NCBI RefSeq assembly: GCF_006345805.1
Contig: NC_043003.1
Coordinates: 28,768,001-28,832,000, forward strand
Length of the DNA: 64,000 nucleotides
Direction: 5' to 3'
Source of the DNA: Octopus sinensis
Lineage: Eukaryota
Below the pieces are notes generated by a model. That model ran no database searches, was not told the origin of the DNA, and worked only from the letters and a program-made list of their open reading frames with translations. A program made the position numbers and the translations under genes. Below, piece by piece: positions 49,570 through 62,700 of the stretch (position 1 is its first letter; each line of letters opens with the position of its first letter).

Positions 49570-50790
49570 CTGCAACATGAAGCTATCAACAGAGGGAGGA
49601 CTCACAAAACTGGTAAGTCCAGTGCGACTTATAGGATAAAGTAGGGTACCCTGGTGGATGACGGGATTCGGAAAAATATGTGAGCACTATTGCATCCAGT
49701 TTCAGAGATCTTTGTGGGCCAACTGAGAATGTCGAAAAGAAACAAGGATCGTTTTGCTTTTGCAGTTTCTTCTTCGGCCGTACAAGGCTGTGGAAGAAAG
49801 CGGCTCTGTGTGGAGCCATGTGGCATATGAATCCTCTAGTTCAACCAGGTAGTTAAAAATATCATCTGAGCAAAGAAAGAGGCTTATAAATCTTTACAAT
49901 GGCGGTTCACTGAGGTGAGAAAAGATGCCGTAGAGACAGTAAAATCATTGAAGTCTAAGTCATTGGAGGATTTTGAGATTAATCAGGACCCTAACTATAG
50001 ATTTGCCAATAAAGTATTCTAGCTGACCATCCGTCGACTTCATCATAAGAGGCCTGCTTCCACACCTGCCATTAAGAACTCGGTTAAGCTTCTCTCTATA
50101 GAGAAAAATATCCTTGGTCGGTGTATGGTAGGGATGGGAATTAGTGTTATGAAGCCTGGGATGCTGTTTCTCTCAAGAAAGTCTTCATAGTGCACTCTAC
50201 ATATTATAGAACATCACTGAGAGAGGCAAGGAAGTTAAAGCATCTCGGGACCATCTTGGGACACGAGTGATGGAAGACAAGAGGCTGGGCCGGATGCAAG
50301 AATTGGAGGTGCTGGCACAATGATGTACCATCTGCCGCGTTAGATACTCAGAAGACAAAAGGTTAGTAAAAAAGCCAAAATGACAAACTTCGTTTCGGTT
50401 TACGTGATTTTCCTCACTTATGGTCATGGATGTTGGGTAATAACCAAAAGTGTACGATCGCGAATGCAAGTGCCGAAATGGAGTTACTCCGAAGAATCTC
50501 TGGAGTATCGTTATATGTCGGAAAGCGTAGCTCAGGGATCAAAGGAGTCATTGGAGGTCGAGCCGCTTCTTCTCTGCATTGAAGGGCCACAACTTGGTAC
50601 TACGGACATGGGATTAGAAAGTCGCAGGAAAGAATCGCAAGACGGATTCTTCAAGTCGAGCCAACCAGTAGAAGACCTAGAGGCAGACCCAAATCAAGAT
50701 GGCTGGATAATATGTATAGTCTAGGATGAATGTACTTGGGAATACATCAGCATAGTCAGACGATTTCTAATAGGACCTTAAGTAAGGGGC
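49570..50790 (+). pseudogene. Heavily deleted RTE (Expander/Rex3-like) relic
   Basis: Frameshifted LTYGHGCWVIT, AEMELLRRISG, YYGHGIR, RRPRGRPKSRWLD; upstream linker ANKVF*LTIRRL. Confidence 0.75.
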
Positions 50791-50880
50791 TACAGGACTC
50801 TACTCTAACGACCTCTCAGGAATATCGGGCGGATAAGATACATCGAAGGATGAATGGATAGATGGACATATATATATATA

Positions 50881-50918
<38 letters not shown>

Positions 50919-51517
50919 CATACATACATACATACATACATACACATACACACGCACTCACACGCATACATACATACAACATACATACATACATACATAC
51001 ATACATACATACATACATACATACATAATATGTGTATGGGTCCGTGTGTGAAAATAAGAGATGGCGGAGATCGTTGGTGACTACGATTTAAAAAATAAAT
51101 AAATAAACTTTGAGTGTACATCAGCTAATATTTCGAATGCCCTGTAACTGTCGGGTGTACTTTCTCGCCGGTTACCTATAGCCGGTTTAGTCGAAAATAA
51201 TCCGTCGTGACGGCAGCATACACTCTAAGTGCTTTTTGAAAGTGTTGCTGTAATCAAAGACCTCTTCCATCCTTTTTATTTAAAGATTTGATTATCACAT
51301 TATAAGCAACCTTTGATGATTTCAAAATTGAGTTGTCTAGTACTTGTCATTTCGTTGGAATTTTCTGTCTGATCTTGATATAACAGGAACTCTATTTGAT
51401 GCTTTGATTAATATATTTATTGATCAATTATCGAGTCTTCTGTGTTCTCTATACCAGCCGTGTTAATAGTAGACACTAACAAACTGCATCCTAACACGAT
51501 TACACGACTGATCCTTT

Positions 51518-51557
<40 letters not shown>

Positions 51558-51559
51558 GG

Positions 51560-51923
51560 TATTGTTTATAATAATATCAGTGGTTTACCATGCGTAAAAA
51601 AAATTATAACAGTATAAATTATCAATTAGTTGTTAAGGGTACTAACAGGCATGCTGACATAGCAGTCAAAGTGACCAAACCACAAGTTTTCGTTTAAACA
51701 CAAAGGTGAAAGCGGGTAATTGAATAAAAACCCTAAGAACCCCGTACCAATAACGAAAATAATCGAAAATTTGAAACGTCAGACATACGCGAATCACCAT
51801 AATTTCGAACTTTGAAAAATATCCTTAGTTCCTCTGTTAGTTCCCTTAGTTATTAATTGATAATTTATACCATTATGGACTTTTATTACGCATGCTAAAC
51901 CACTGATATTATTATAAACAATA
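51560..51923. repeat. Foldback element: 90-bp inverted arms (51560-51649, 51834-51923) flanked by (TA)n
   Basis: tattgtttataataatatcagtggttta..catgcgtaa...aaggg.actaacag present in both orientations. Confidence 0.85.
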
Positions 51924-51928
51924 ATATC

Positions 51929-51968
<40 letters not shown>

Positions 51969-52374
51969 TAATTTTTATTCAATTCGATCTCTTTTTAAAA
52001 ATTGTTGCAGCATTAAAAACGGCCATTGCACACATTGGTTGAGATGAGTAAACTCTACAACCTTGGGTGTCAGTAAGACTTGCTGAAGAGGAACTAAGGG
52101 TATTTCTCAAAGTCCGAAATCACGGTGATCTGGGTATGTCTGACTTTTCAATTTCCGATTATTCTCATTATTGGTACGAGGACCTTAGGGTTTTTATTCA
52201 TTTGCCCGCTTTCACCTTTCACTCTTTCAGAAGTACCAGAGTGACTAAAGGTCCAAGATTTTCGTGCGTTGGTACTTATCAAATATTAAATATTAATGAA
52301 AATATACATATACTCATATTTTGAGTTCTGTTTCCTGTTTGCATCAACATACATGAGATATATATGTATATATT

Positions 52375-52730
52375 CTTTTATTTGTTTCAGTCATTTGACT
52401 GCGGCCATGCTGGAGCACCACGTTTAGTCGAACAAATCGACCCCAGGACTTATGCTTTGTGAGCCTAGTACCTATCCTATCGGTCTCTTTTGTCGAACCG
52501 CTAAGTAAACATAACAAACATCGGTTGTCAAGCAATGGTGGGGGGACACATACAGACACACAAACACTCGCACGCAGACACACACACACATACACACACA
52601 TTTGTATACGACATTCTCCTTTCAGTTTCCGTTTACCAAATCCACTCACAAGGTGCTACACAGTGTGACTGAACCTGGAACCATGTGGTTAGTAAGCAAG
52701 CTACTAACCACACTGCCACTCCTACGCCTA
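52375..52730 (-). mobile_element. Family D SINE with internal deletion
   Basis: Diagnostic head and tail motifs. Confidence 0.85.
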
Positions 52731-52964
52731 TGTATATATATATATATATATATATATGACTTCGAAGTCTTGGCCAAACAAACCACTGTCGCACTGCCCG
52801 ATGATGGCCTAACTTGCTGAAGCTTCGAAGTCACTGTCAATAATATTCCTACATACATGCATATATAACGGGAAGGTTTACGAAAATAAACAAAAGACGA
52901 ATTCAGGTGGAGTACAAACAAACAAATGTATTAGTATGGCGCTCAGGAATAGAAATAGAACAAG

Positions 52965-53002
52965 TCTTTTACGTTTTGAGCCTACGCTCTTCGACAGAAA
53001 GA
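52965..53002 (-). ncRNA. Degenerate hammerhead homolog of 44147-44181
   Basis: UCUUU-CUGUCGA-A-GAGC-GUAG-GCUC-AAAA-CG-UA/AAAGA; two core deviations; flanks homologous (cctgagcg, atactaa, gtactc). Confidence 0.55.
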
Positions 53003-53344
53003 TACACAGAAAAGAAACAAGGAGAGAAAAAAATGCGTGTAGGAGCTAACGGTCCATTATGGCGTTCTGACTTCAGGCAGAAGTCAGAGGTCAGAGGTCA
53101 GACTTTAGACGCTGGAGGGATAGTAGGGGAGATAACAGGGTCAAGTGACTTCGCCCCAACATGAAGGTGCGTGTGTGTATAAGAGAGTATGTATATATAT
53201 ATATATATATGAATATGTGTGTGTGTGTGTGTGAATATGTTTTGATTTTTTCAAGTTAAAATGATGCAAGTTAATATATTATAAATACAAGTCGATGGTT
53301 AGTATTATTGCTTTATTGCTTGGCATTTCAAAAAAGGGCCCTAA

Positions 53345-53885
53345 CCCTGAAATATTCTTTTCTACTCTAAGCACAAGGCACGAAATTTTGGGGGAGGTGG
53401 CCAGTCGATTAGATCAACCCCAGTACGCAACTGGTACTTAATTTATCAAACCCGAAAGGATGAAAGGCAAAGTCGATCTTGGCGGAGTTTGAACTCAGAA
53501 CGTAACGGCAGATGAAATACCGCTAAGCATTTCACCCAACGTGCTAACGTTTCTGCCAGCTCACCGCCTTGTTAACCCTGAAATATTGAGATACCAGGTG
53601 AGTAGTAGTAACCACCAAAATGTATTTTAAATTTTTTACTTGCATTGTTTTGGCATTATTATGCATGTGCGTAAGGCGGTGAATTGGCAGAATCGTTAGC
53701 ACGCTGGACGAAATTCTTTGTGGTTATTTCGCCCGTCGCTAAGTTCTGACTTCAAATTCCACCGAAGTCGACTTTACCTTTCATCCATTCGAGATCGATA
53801 AATTAAGTAGCAATTGCGTACTGGGGTCGATGTAATCGACTCATCCCACAACCCTGCTCCAAGCAGTCCTTGTGGCCAAAATTTG
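53345..53885. mobile_element. Head-to-head inverted pair of family C copies (53345-53570 -, 53675-53885 +)
   Basis: Diagnostic motifs in opposite orientation about 100 bp apart. Confidence 0.8.
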
Positions 53886-54175
53886 AAATAGTTATTATGC
53901 ATGTGTGTGTACATGTGTGTATTTGTTTGTTTGTGTGTGTATGTGTGTGTGTGTGTGTGTGCGTGCGTGCGTGTGTGTATGGGGGTGTTTGTCTGTGTTT
54001 AGTGACTCACTGTGTAGCTTCTCCGAGTTTTACCCTTTGTTCGTTCAGTTAGGTGACTCGAAGATCCTCTCAATGACAATGTAATGAATCATCCTTCTCT
54101 AACATACTCGCGCGCGCACTCGCACACAAGCACACACACGCAGCCATATACAGTCATATAGATACGTACGCCTGC

Positions 54176-54210
<35 letters not shown>

Positions 54211-54571
54211 CGTATATGTGTGTGTGTATATGAGTGTGTATTTGTATATATATATATATATTATATAAATGTTTGTGTATGTATAATGTACATAAGTGTA
54301 TATACAATAATGTGTATATGTGTATTAAATTTTGTACGTGTTTGTTTGTTTGTGAGTATATACATGTAAAAACTGAAATATGTTTCTATACTGGCTAAAT
54401 TATCTTTGATAATGGCAAAGTTCCAAAGTTCCACCTTGTAGACATCAAAATAACTTCTGATATAAAAAATAGTGCTATCCTATTGTGTGAGAAGGGGATA
54501 AAAAAAATTGTATACATATGTATTTATGAGTCTGTGTGTGTGTGTGTGTGTATGCATATATATGCATATAT

Positions 54572-54633
<62 letters not shown>

Positions 54634-55789
54634 ATATATACATATATATATACACATATACATATATATATGTGCACCTATGTATGTATGCATGTGTATA
54701 TCTATGTATGTATGTATGTATGTATATATGCATCTGATGATTGTCGACATGCTATGAATCCGAGTCAAAGAGATATTAATTATATGTTATTCTTTGTCTT
54801 TCATTTGCAAACTCACCTGTGTGTTCATGTGTTTGCGTGTGTATGTGTTTGTGTGTGTGTATATGTATGTTTGTGTGTGTGTCTGTGTGTGTGTGTATGC
54901 ACACATATATACATATGTGTGTATGTGCATCTGTGTGTGTAGATATGGATAGATGTCTGAGTTTATTAGTATGTACGCTTCTACGTATGTACGTGGCGTG
55001 TGTACTCGGAGGCCTCAAACACTTCAAACACAAGCAGTGTTCGTTTATTACTCACGAAACACCTGCCCAGCAACCCAATGTCTTATTTTATGCTCACTCT
55101 TGTCTCTTATCGTAAAGGACACGTTAAGTGCGACCCGTTTCCCCAAACTCTGGACAGTGGAGTCCACAGTTGCAGTTGTGCGGCTCTGATCCCACCCAAC
55201 CTTCCTCCTGCTCCACCTCCTTCTTTAGCATTGAGCATCTTAGGTATTTAAATATGGTTACAACGTATTTGGTGCGTATTTCTCACTTATCTTTCTGAAT
55301 ATCTGTTTCTTTATGCATGCTGCTCTTATGAGGCCCATATGCATATTGCACTCATAGTATTACGTCATGTGTTAGTGAATACTAAAATATGTATTACAGG
55401 TGAAACAAAGGAGTACCAAGTTCAAATTCGTGTTTTGTTTTCTCTCATTATGAATGTAAACTTCATATTTATGTTATAGCTCACCTGAGGCTGTACAAGA
55501 TTCCACGTGAACGTGCAACAGTGGGCATTGAATGCAATTAACAATAACTGCCAAAACCTGAATGGAATAATTGTCCGAGCGCGTCCATCCATTCATACAT
55601 ACATACATACATACATACATAAAGAAATATTCTATAATTATAAACATAATTATAATTAGGGGCCAGCTAATTGCTTCACCGAAGTTAGAAATAGGAGTTA
55701 AAAATTCCTTTTCTACTACTGTAAGAATCTCCACGACAGTAACACTTTTTTAAGTAGGCAAAGAGAAAAACAATGAATCAATATAAATA

Positions 55790-55851
55790 TAGTTGGTTAG
55801 AGCGCCAGTCTAGTAAACTGGGGATCGAGGGTTCGAAACCCCATGGAGCCT
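55790..55851 (+). pseudogene. 5'-truncated tRNA-Thr(AGT) pseudogene
   Basis: Anticodon arm ccagt-CTAGTAA-actgg, variable loop ggatc, T-loop ttcgaaa, 3' acceptor strand tggagcc; the 5' acceptor strand is absent. Confidence 0.7.
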
Positions 55852-56096
55852 GTTAGTAAATGTTTCTGCATACAGACAGATAGATAGTATTATACTGAGT
55901 TCAAATTTTAGCACAAGGCCAGCAATTGTGGGAGAGGCTGCAAGTTAAATACATCGACTGGTACTTATTTTATCAACCCCGGAAGGATGAAAAGCAAAGT
56001 CGACCTCTGCATAAATAGAACATGGCACGTAGAAACGTACAAAATGTTAAGTATTTTGCTCCGCGGGCTAATCGATTTCTGCTCTAATCGATTAGA

Positions 56097-56621
56097 TCGA
56101 TCCCAGTACGCAACTGGTACTTATTTTATCAACCCCGAAAGGATGAGAGACAAAGTCGATCTCGGCGGAATTTGAACTCAGAACTTTTAAAGATAGACGA
56201 AATACCTATTTCTTTACTACCCACAAGGGGCTAAACACAGGGAGGACAAACAAGGACAGACAAACGGATTAAGTCGATTATATCAACCCCAGTGCATAAC
56301 TGGTACTTATTTAATCGACCCCGAAAGGATGAAAGGCAAAGTCGACCTCAGCGGAATTTGAACTCAGAACGTAGCGGCAGACGAAATACCTATTTCTTTA
56401 CTACCCACAAGGGGCTAAACACAGAGGAGACAAACAAGGACAGACAAACGGATTAAGTCGATTACATTGACCCCAGCGCGTAACTGGTACTTAATTTATC
56501 AACCCTGAAAGGATGAAAGGCAAAGTCGACCTCGGCGGAATTTGAACTCAGAACGTAACGGCAGACGAAATACGGCTACGCATTTCGCCCGGCGTGCTAA
56601 CGTTTCTGCCAGCTCGCCGCC
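56097..56621 (-). repeat. Family C head-to-tail multimer, 184-bp period
   Basis: acgaaatac at 56197, 56381, 56565. Confidence 0.9.
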
Positions 56622-57170
56622 TTTATATCATATCTTATATCTTGTATTTTATATTGTTTTATATCATATTGTATTGTATATTATTATATCATATATTATA
56701 TTATGTTATATTATATTAGATCATATATTATATTATATTTACATTAGATCAGATTAGAATTGTTAGCACCTCGGGCAAAAATGCTAGGCAGCCTTTGTCT
56801 ATCTTTACGTTCTCAGTTCAAATTTAACCGAGGTCGGCTTTACCTTTCACCATTTTGGGGTTGATAAAATAAGTACCAGTTGAACAATGGGTTCAATGTT
56901 ACTGACTTGCCCTCTCTCTCCTTGTGCCAGAATTCGAAACCATTATATTATATACGTGTATGAACGTATGTTTATAATTGAAACGTTCCTTAGGATTTAC
57001 CTTATATTTCTTTATTCTTTTACTTATTTCAGTAATTGGAATTGCGGCCAAGCTGGGGCACTTTTCCAAAGTGTTTAGGTGAATAAATGCACCCAAGAGT
57101 TTTACTTATTCTATAGATCTTATTTCTTCTAAAAACAAACACTAAATTATGGAGACAGAAGCACGTCGTA

Positions 57171-57231
<61 letters not shown>

Positions 57232-57254
<23 letters not shown>

Positions 57255-58595
57255 TTTGTTTATATGTTTTTCCCCACAACAGCTTGTAACCGGTGTTGGC
57301 ATGTTTACGCCTCCGTAAATTAGCAGTTTGATAAAAGAGACCGATAAAAATGTACCCGACTAAAAATTCTTCGAGATGCACACTAAGTACTGAAACAAAT
57401 AAAACATAAGAATTTTAAAAAATACCATTATAGTACATAACAAACATCATTGCGCCCGAGGCTGTTTCCAACATCATGATAGTTTGCTGGGGAGCGGTGC
57501 AGCCATCAAGATCTAAATATATATAGTCTCTGTTAAAACTGATAAGCGATAGACAAACTCCACAGGTCGATATGACCTTTCTACTTTCAGCTTGGAAACG
57601 GTAAGAATTTTGTTTCTTTTTATCTTTATAGCCAAGAGAAAAAGCAGCGGTTATGACCCGTTGTGGAGGTTTCTCAGACGTGTGGGAGGGACGAGGAAAG
57701 CATCCTCAAACAGGGGACCTGTATGTAAATATATTAATATGTGTATATTCCCAACCACATAGTTCTGGATTCAGTCCCACTGCGTGGCACCTTCGGCAAG
57801 TGTCCTCTATTAAAGCCTCGGACCGACTAAAGCCTTCTAGGTGGATTTGGAAGACGGAAACTGAAAGAAGCCTGTTACATATATATATGTGTGTGTGTTG
57901 TGTGTGTGTGTGTGTGTTGTGTGTGTGTGTGTCTTTGTTTATATGTTTTTCCCCACAACAGCTTGTAACCGTGTTGGCATGTTTACGCCTCCGTAAATTA
58001 GCAGTTTGATAAAAGAGACCGATAAAAATGTACCCGACTAAAAATTCTTCGAGATGCACACTAAGTACTGAAACAAATAAAACATAAGAATTTTAAAAAA
58101 TACCATTATAGTACATAACAAACATCATTGCGCCCGAGGCTGTTTCCAACATCATGATAGTTTGCTGGGGAGCGGTGCAGCCATCAAGATCTAAATATAT
58201 ATAGTCTCTGTTAAAACTGATAAGCGATAGACAAACTCCACAGGTCGATATGACCTTTCTACTTTCAGCTTGGAAACGGTAAGAAATTTTGTTTCTTTTT
58301 ATCTTTATAGCCAAGAGAAAAAGCAGCGGTTATGACCCGTTGTGGAGGTTTCTCAGACGTGTGGGAGGGACGAGGGAAAGCATCCTCAAACAGGGGACCT
58401 GTATGTAAATATATTAATATGTGTATATTCCCAACCACATAGTTCTGGATTCAGTCCCACTGCGTGGCACCTTCGGCAAGTGTCCTCTATTAAAGCCTCG
58501 GACCGACTAAAGCCTTCTAGGTGGATTTGGAAGACGGAAACTGAAAGAAGCCTGTTACATATATATATGTGTGTGTGTTGTGTGTGTGTGTGTGT
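57232..58595. repeat. About 680-bp tandem duplication bounded by (GT)n; contains family D halves
   Basis: tctttgtttatatgtttttcccc at 57253 and 57932; copies differ by a few 1-nt indels. Confidence 0.95.
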
Positions 58596-59339
58596 ATGAG
58601 TGTGCATGTTTACCTATTGCAAATATTCTGGGTGTACTAGACGGGGAGGACTCCGCGCCCATTAAAAGATTGTAAATTTTCTCTGCAACAATCCAATTCC
58701 CGTTGAAGCATATCTAATCAAACGATAAATTGTTTTCAAATCTAATGACACAAATCCAATGTGAAGAAATATCCTATTGTTATCAATAAAATTTGATTAA
58801 TCCAAATTGATGTGAGTATTATGTTTTAAAATAGCTTAAACTTTATATATGAACCATAGATTTGCCCCTCATATGACGGAGAACTTAGTTCGGCCATTTT
58901 TTCATTTACTGCCGACTGAAACTGCGCTTGCGCGGTGAATTTTAAAAGTTATAACACATAATGATGAGACTCGTGTTATTTGTCTCTAAATTGTATGTTG
59001 ATGTTATGGCGCGGTTACTGATGAGAATTTCGCCTGGCAAATTATTTTATTTGTTAAAAAAAATTTTAAACCTAGGTATAACCATAAAAAAATAAGAAAG
59101 TAAAAGTTTTTTATCTTTCATTCCCTTCGAAATTGCTCTTAAATATGCTTTCGGTCGTTTTGACTGCTTCTTCTAGCGTGTAAAATTACCTGTTAAAGGT
59201 AGTTTCTCTTGTGTTTACAAGTACACTTTTTTATATTGAGAATATGTTATCTATTGATTTTTTATACATGCTAGGCCACTGGTAGTGAAATTTCTAAAAA
59301 TATTCGCTACCCTATATATTTCACGTATATGATTTTAGC

Positions 59340-59853
59340 ATTTTCGAAGATCGGTTCTCGCGTATGTGTGTTGGTCTTTTTGTTGGTGTTTGTTTCCCGC
59401 CACCACTTGACAACCGGTGTTAGTTTTTTTATAATAACCATAACTTAGCGATTCGGCAAAAGTGAGCGATCGAATAAGTGCCAGACTTAAAAAGAAAAGT
59501 AAATACTGGGGTCGGTTTGCTAGACTAAATCCGTCATGGCGGTGCCCCAGCATGGCTGCAGTCTAATAATTGGAACAAGTAAGATATGAAATAAAAGATA
59601 CCTGAAAGAAAAATGCTTCATTTCACATCTTTCATTTTTTATCTCTTACTTATTTCAATCATTGGACTGCGGCCAAGGTGATGCCCCTGTTGGGGCATCA
59701 CCTTGATGAATTTTTAGTCGAAAGAAACGACCCCAGCACTAATTTTTTGTTAAGCTTGATTCTTATTCTATTGGTCTCTTTTACCATTAAGTAACGAGGG
59801 CGTGAACACAACACTAGTTGTCAAGCGGTAGTGGAGGACAAACACAGACACAA

Positions 59854-59919
<66 letters not shown>

Positions 59920-60030
59920 CATAAAGCTTTGATCTGTCCAAGGCTATACTAGAAGAAGATGCCACGCAATGTGATTGAACTCGGAATCACGTGGGTGGGA
60001 AGCAAGTTCTTTACAACACAGCCACGCCTG
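59340..60030. mobile_element. Tail-to-tail family D copies (3' half + at 59340-59600; - copy 59640-60030)
   Basis: ggcggtgccccagcatggctgcagtc on +; gactgcggcc and ccacacagccacgcc-like head on -. Confidence 0.7.
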
Positions 60031-61136
60031 AGTTGAGTTTAATTATTTCGAAAGATAATAATACAATTAAGAATTCATCGAAGATATTTATTATTTTAAT
60101 TAACTATGAACACCACATTTCATTCAACAAACTTTTGTTTCTTTCCTCACGGTTCACCATACACTAACTAGCAAAAACGAGTGGGCGGTACGTTATAATT
60201 TTAGACTGCTTGTATATTTGTTTTCCTATTTCGCTTCTTTTCTCACAATAGATCAGTGACGTAAACAGCCTTGACACAACTGTGCAAGTGTCTAGTATGC
60301 ACACTGCTTCCCGAGCTGAGTTTTTCCTTTTTTATTTCATTTTTCCGCGACCCTGTTTCGCAAATAATGTCTCGTATAACTGGTTTTTCGTTCTGAAGCA
60401 TTTTCTTTTAATTTATGAGGGCGAGGTTTGGAAGTTCGGTACCCAAATATTTCTTTTGTCCATGACCAGAATTTGCAAGTAGGATTGAGAAAAGCACAAA
60501 AACTTCACACATTCTTTACGCAGCCGTCTATGTTAGCTTACTGTGAGAGAGAGAGGAAGGGGATGGAGTGAGAGGGAGAGAGATAAGGAAGCGAAAAAGA
60601 GAGAGAGAGACATACAGAAAGTTAGACTGAGGGATATGACTATAGAATGAAGGATGGAAACAAGCTATGAGACCGTTAACTACATACATACGTACATATA
60701 TACACGAATGCACACACGCACAAATATACATATATGTATATATATATATATATATATACCTCTCTGTGTGTGCATGTGTATATATAAACACATAAATATA
60801 TACATATACAGTTATCCCTCACCATATCACGGTTCATCTATCGCGGTGCACTTATCGCGGTGCGCCAATCGCAGTTTATTATTTACGCTCACGTCGATTC
60901 CTCCGTGGTGTTGTTTTGCATTTATAATAAAATAAATACATACAAATTATATATACAGTATATAATTGTATTTTCACCTATCCTGGGGTGTTTTAGAACG
61001 TAACATCTGTGATAGTCGAGGTATTACCGTACATGTATATGTGTGAATAAGTGTAGTATTTTCAAGCACTGCCATACCAGGCTAACTCAGGCTAAACCAG
61101 TTCAGTATCGATGACTCCAAATAGTTATTGAGGTGA

Positions 61137-61290
61137 TATTTGTCCTTATCTTGTATCAGCCTTCATCGGGTGTCTTGGGGAAATGTCGGACCTGGGTATT
61201 TTTCGATGTTATTATTATTAATCAGATCACTGCCTGGAATCGAACTCGGAATCTTGGGTTTTAGTAGCCCGCACTCTTAACCACTAGGCA
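61137..61290 (-). mobile_element. Third copy of the tRNA-head/hammerhead family, internally deleted
   Basis: Sense gcctagtggttaagagtgcgggctacta...gagttcgattccaggcagtga-(aat)n-catcgaaaaatacc..atttccccaagacacccgatgaaggctg. Confidence 0.75.
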
Positions 61291-61769
61291 AGATTTGAAC
61301 TCAGAAGTTAGTGAACCAAAAATAATTTAGAAATTCAAGGTAAGCAGTTTTGAAGTGGGAGGGATAATCGGTACAAACGGGCCTAGTACATGACTGGTAC
61401 TTTATTTCATCGACTCCGTAACAAGGCAAGACAAAGTTGACTCCAACGGGATTTGAACTCAAAAACTAATGAGCCGGAACAAACATCACAAACTGATTCT
61501 TACAATACTCTAAGAGTTATGCCAGTCCACTACCCTTATGATAACTACTTAATATAGGTCTTGAATTTGGAAGAAAGATTACAACTGATTATATCGACCC
61601 CTGTACTTGACTGGTACTTTATTTCATCAATCACCGAAAGATGCGAGGTGAAGTTTACATCAACAAGATTTGAACTCACGACATAAAAGTCTGTTTACCA
61701 ATGAAATAAATTCGACGCTTTAAATAGTATTAATAAAAATTTTGGTTTCAAAATTTTGGCACAAGGCCA

Positions 61770-62300
61770 ACAATTCCGGGGGAAGGGTAAGTCGATTACA
61801 TCGACCCGAGAGTTCAACTGGTGTTTATTTTATTGACCTGGAAAGGATGAAAGGCAAAGTTGACCTCGGCGGAATTTGAACTGAAAACGTAAAAACGGAC
61901 GAAATACCTGTTTCTTTATTACCCACAAGGGGCTAAACACAGAGAGGACAAACAAGGACAGGCAAGCGGATTAAGTCGATTATATCGACCCCAGTGCATA
62001 ACTGGTACTTATTTAATCGACCCCGAAAGGATGAAAGGCAAAGTCGACCTCGGCGGAATTCGAACTCAGAACGTAACGGCAGACGAAATACCTATTTCTT
62101 TACTACTCACAAGGGGCTAAACACAGAGAGGACAAACAAGGACAGACAAACGGATTAAGTCGATTATATCGACCCTAGTGCGTAACTGGTACTTATTTAA
62201 TTGACCCCGAAAGGATGAAAGGCAAAGTCGACCCCGGCGGAATTTGAACTCAGAACGTAACGATAGACCAAATACCGCTAAGCATTTTTCCCGGTGTGTT
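61770..62300 (-). repeat. Family C head-to-tail multimer, 184-bp period (older copies extend to about 61290)
   Basis: acgaaatac/accaaatac at 61899, 62083, 62267. Confidence 0.9.
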
Positions 62301-62700
62301 AAAGTGTTAAAAATATAACAAATTCTGATGAGGTAAAACAAAAAAAAAAAGAGTCTGTGCGATATTTATGTTTATTTTAAAGGTTATTATAGGTTTAAGT
62401 CGATGTAAAATAAGTTCTCTGACAAACACATACATATATACATACACTCATACGCATATATTATCTATACAAGGAAATAGTTAATAGTTACTTCAAAGTT
62501 TTAGCTATGTAGCCTTCATCAGATGAAGTGTGTCAATATCAATATACATATATATGTATTTGTGTGTGCGTATGTGTGTGTATGAGTGTACACACACCGA
62601 CAAACACACGTGCACACACACATATGTATATTTATGTATATATATGTGTGTGCGTGCGTGTGTGTGTGCATGTGAATATGTGTATATATATATATATATA

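Noticed and set aside
52790-52832. ccgatgatggc...gctgaagctt hammerhead-like motif
   Set aside because: GAAA incomplete and no stem I pairing.
62491-62528. Minus-strand CUGAUGA-A-GGCUA-CA-UAGCU-AAAA-CUUU hammerhead-like motif
   Set aside because: G12 is lost and stem III and the stem I register are broken; counted only as a dead relic.
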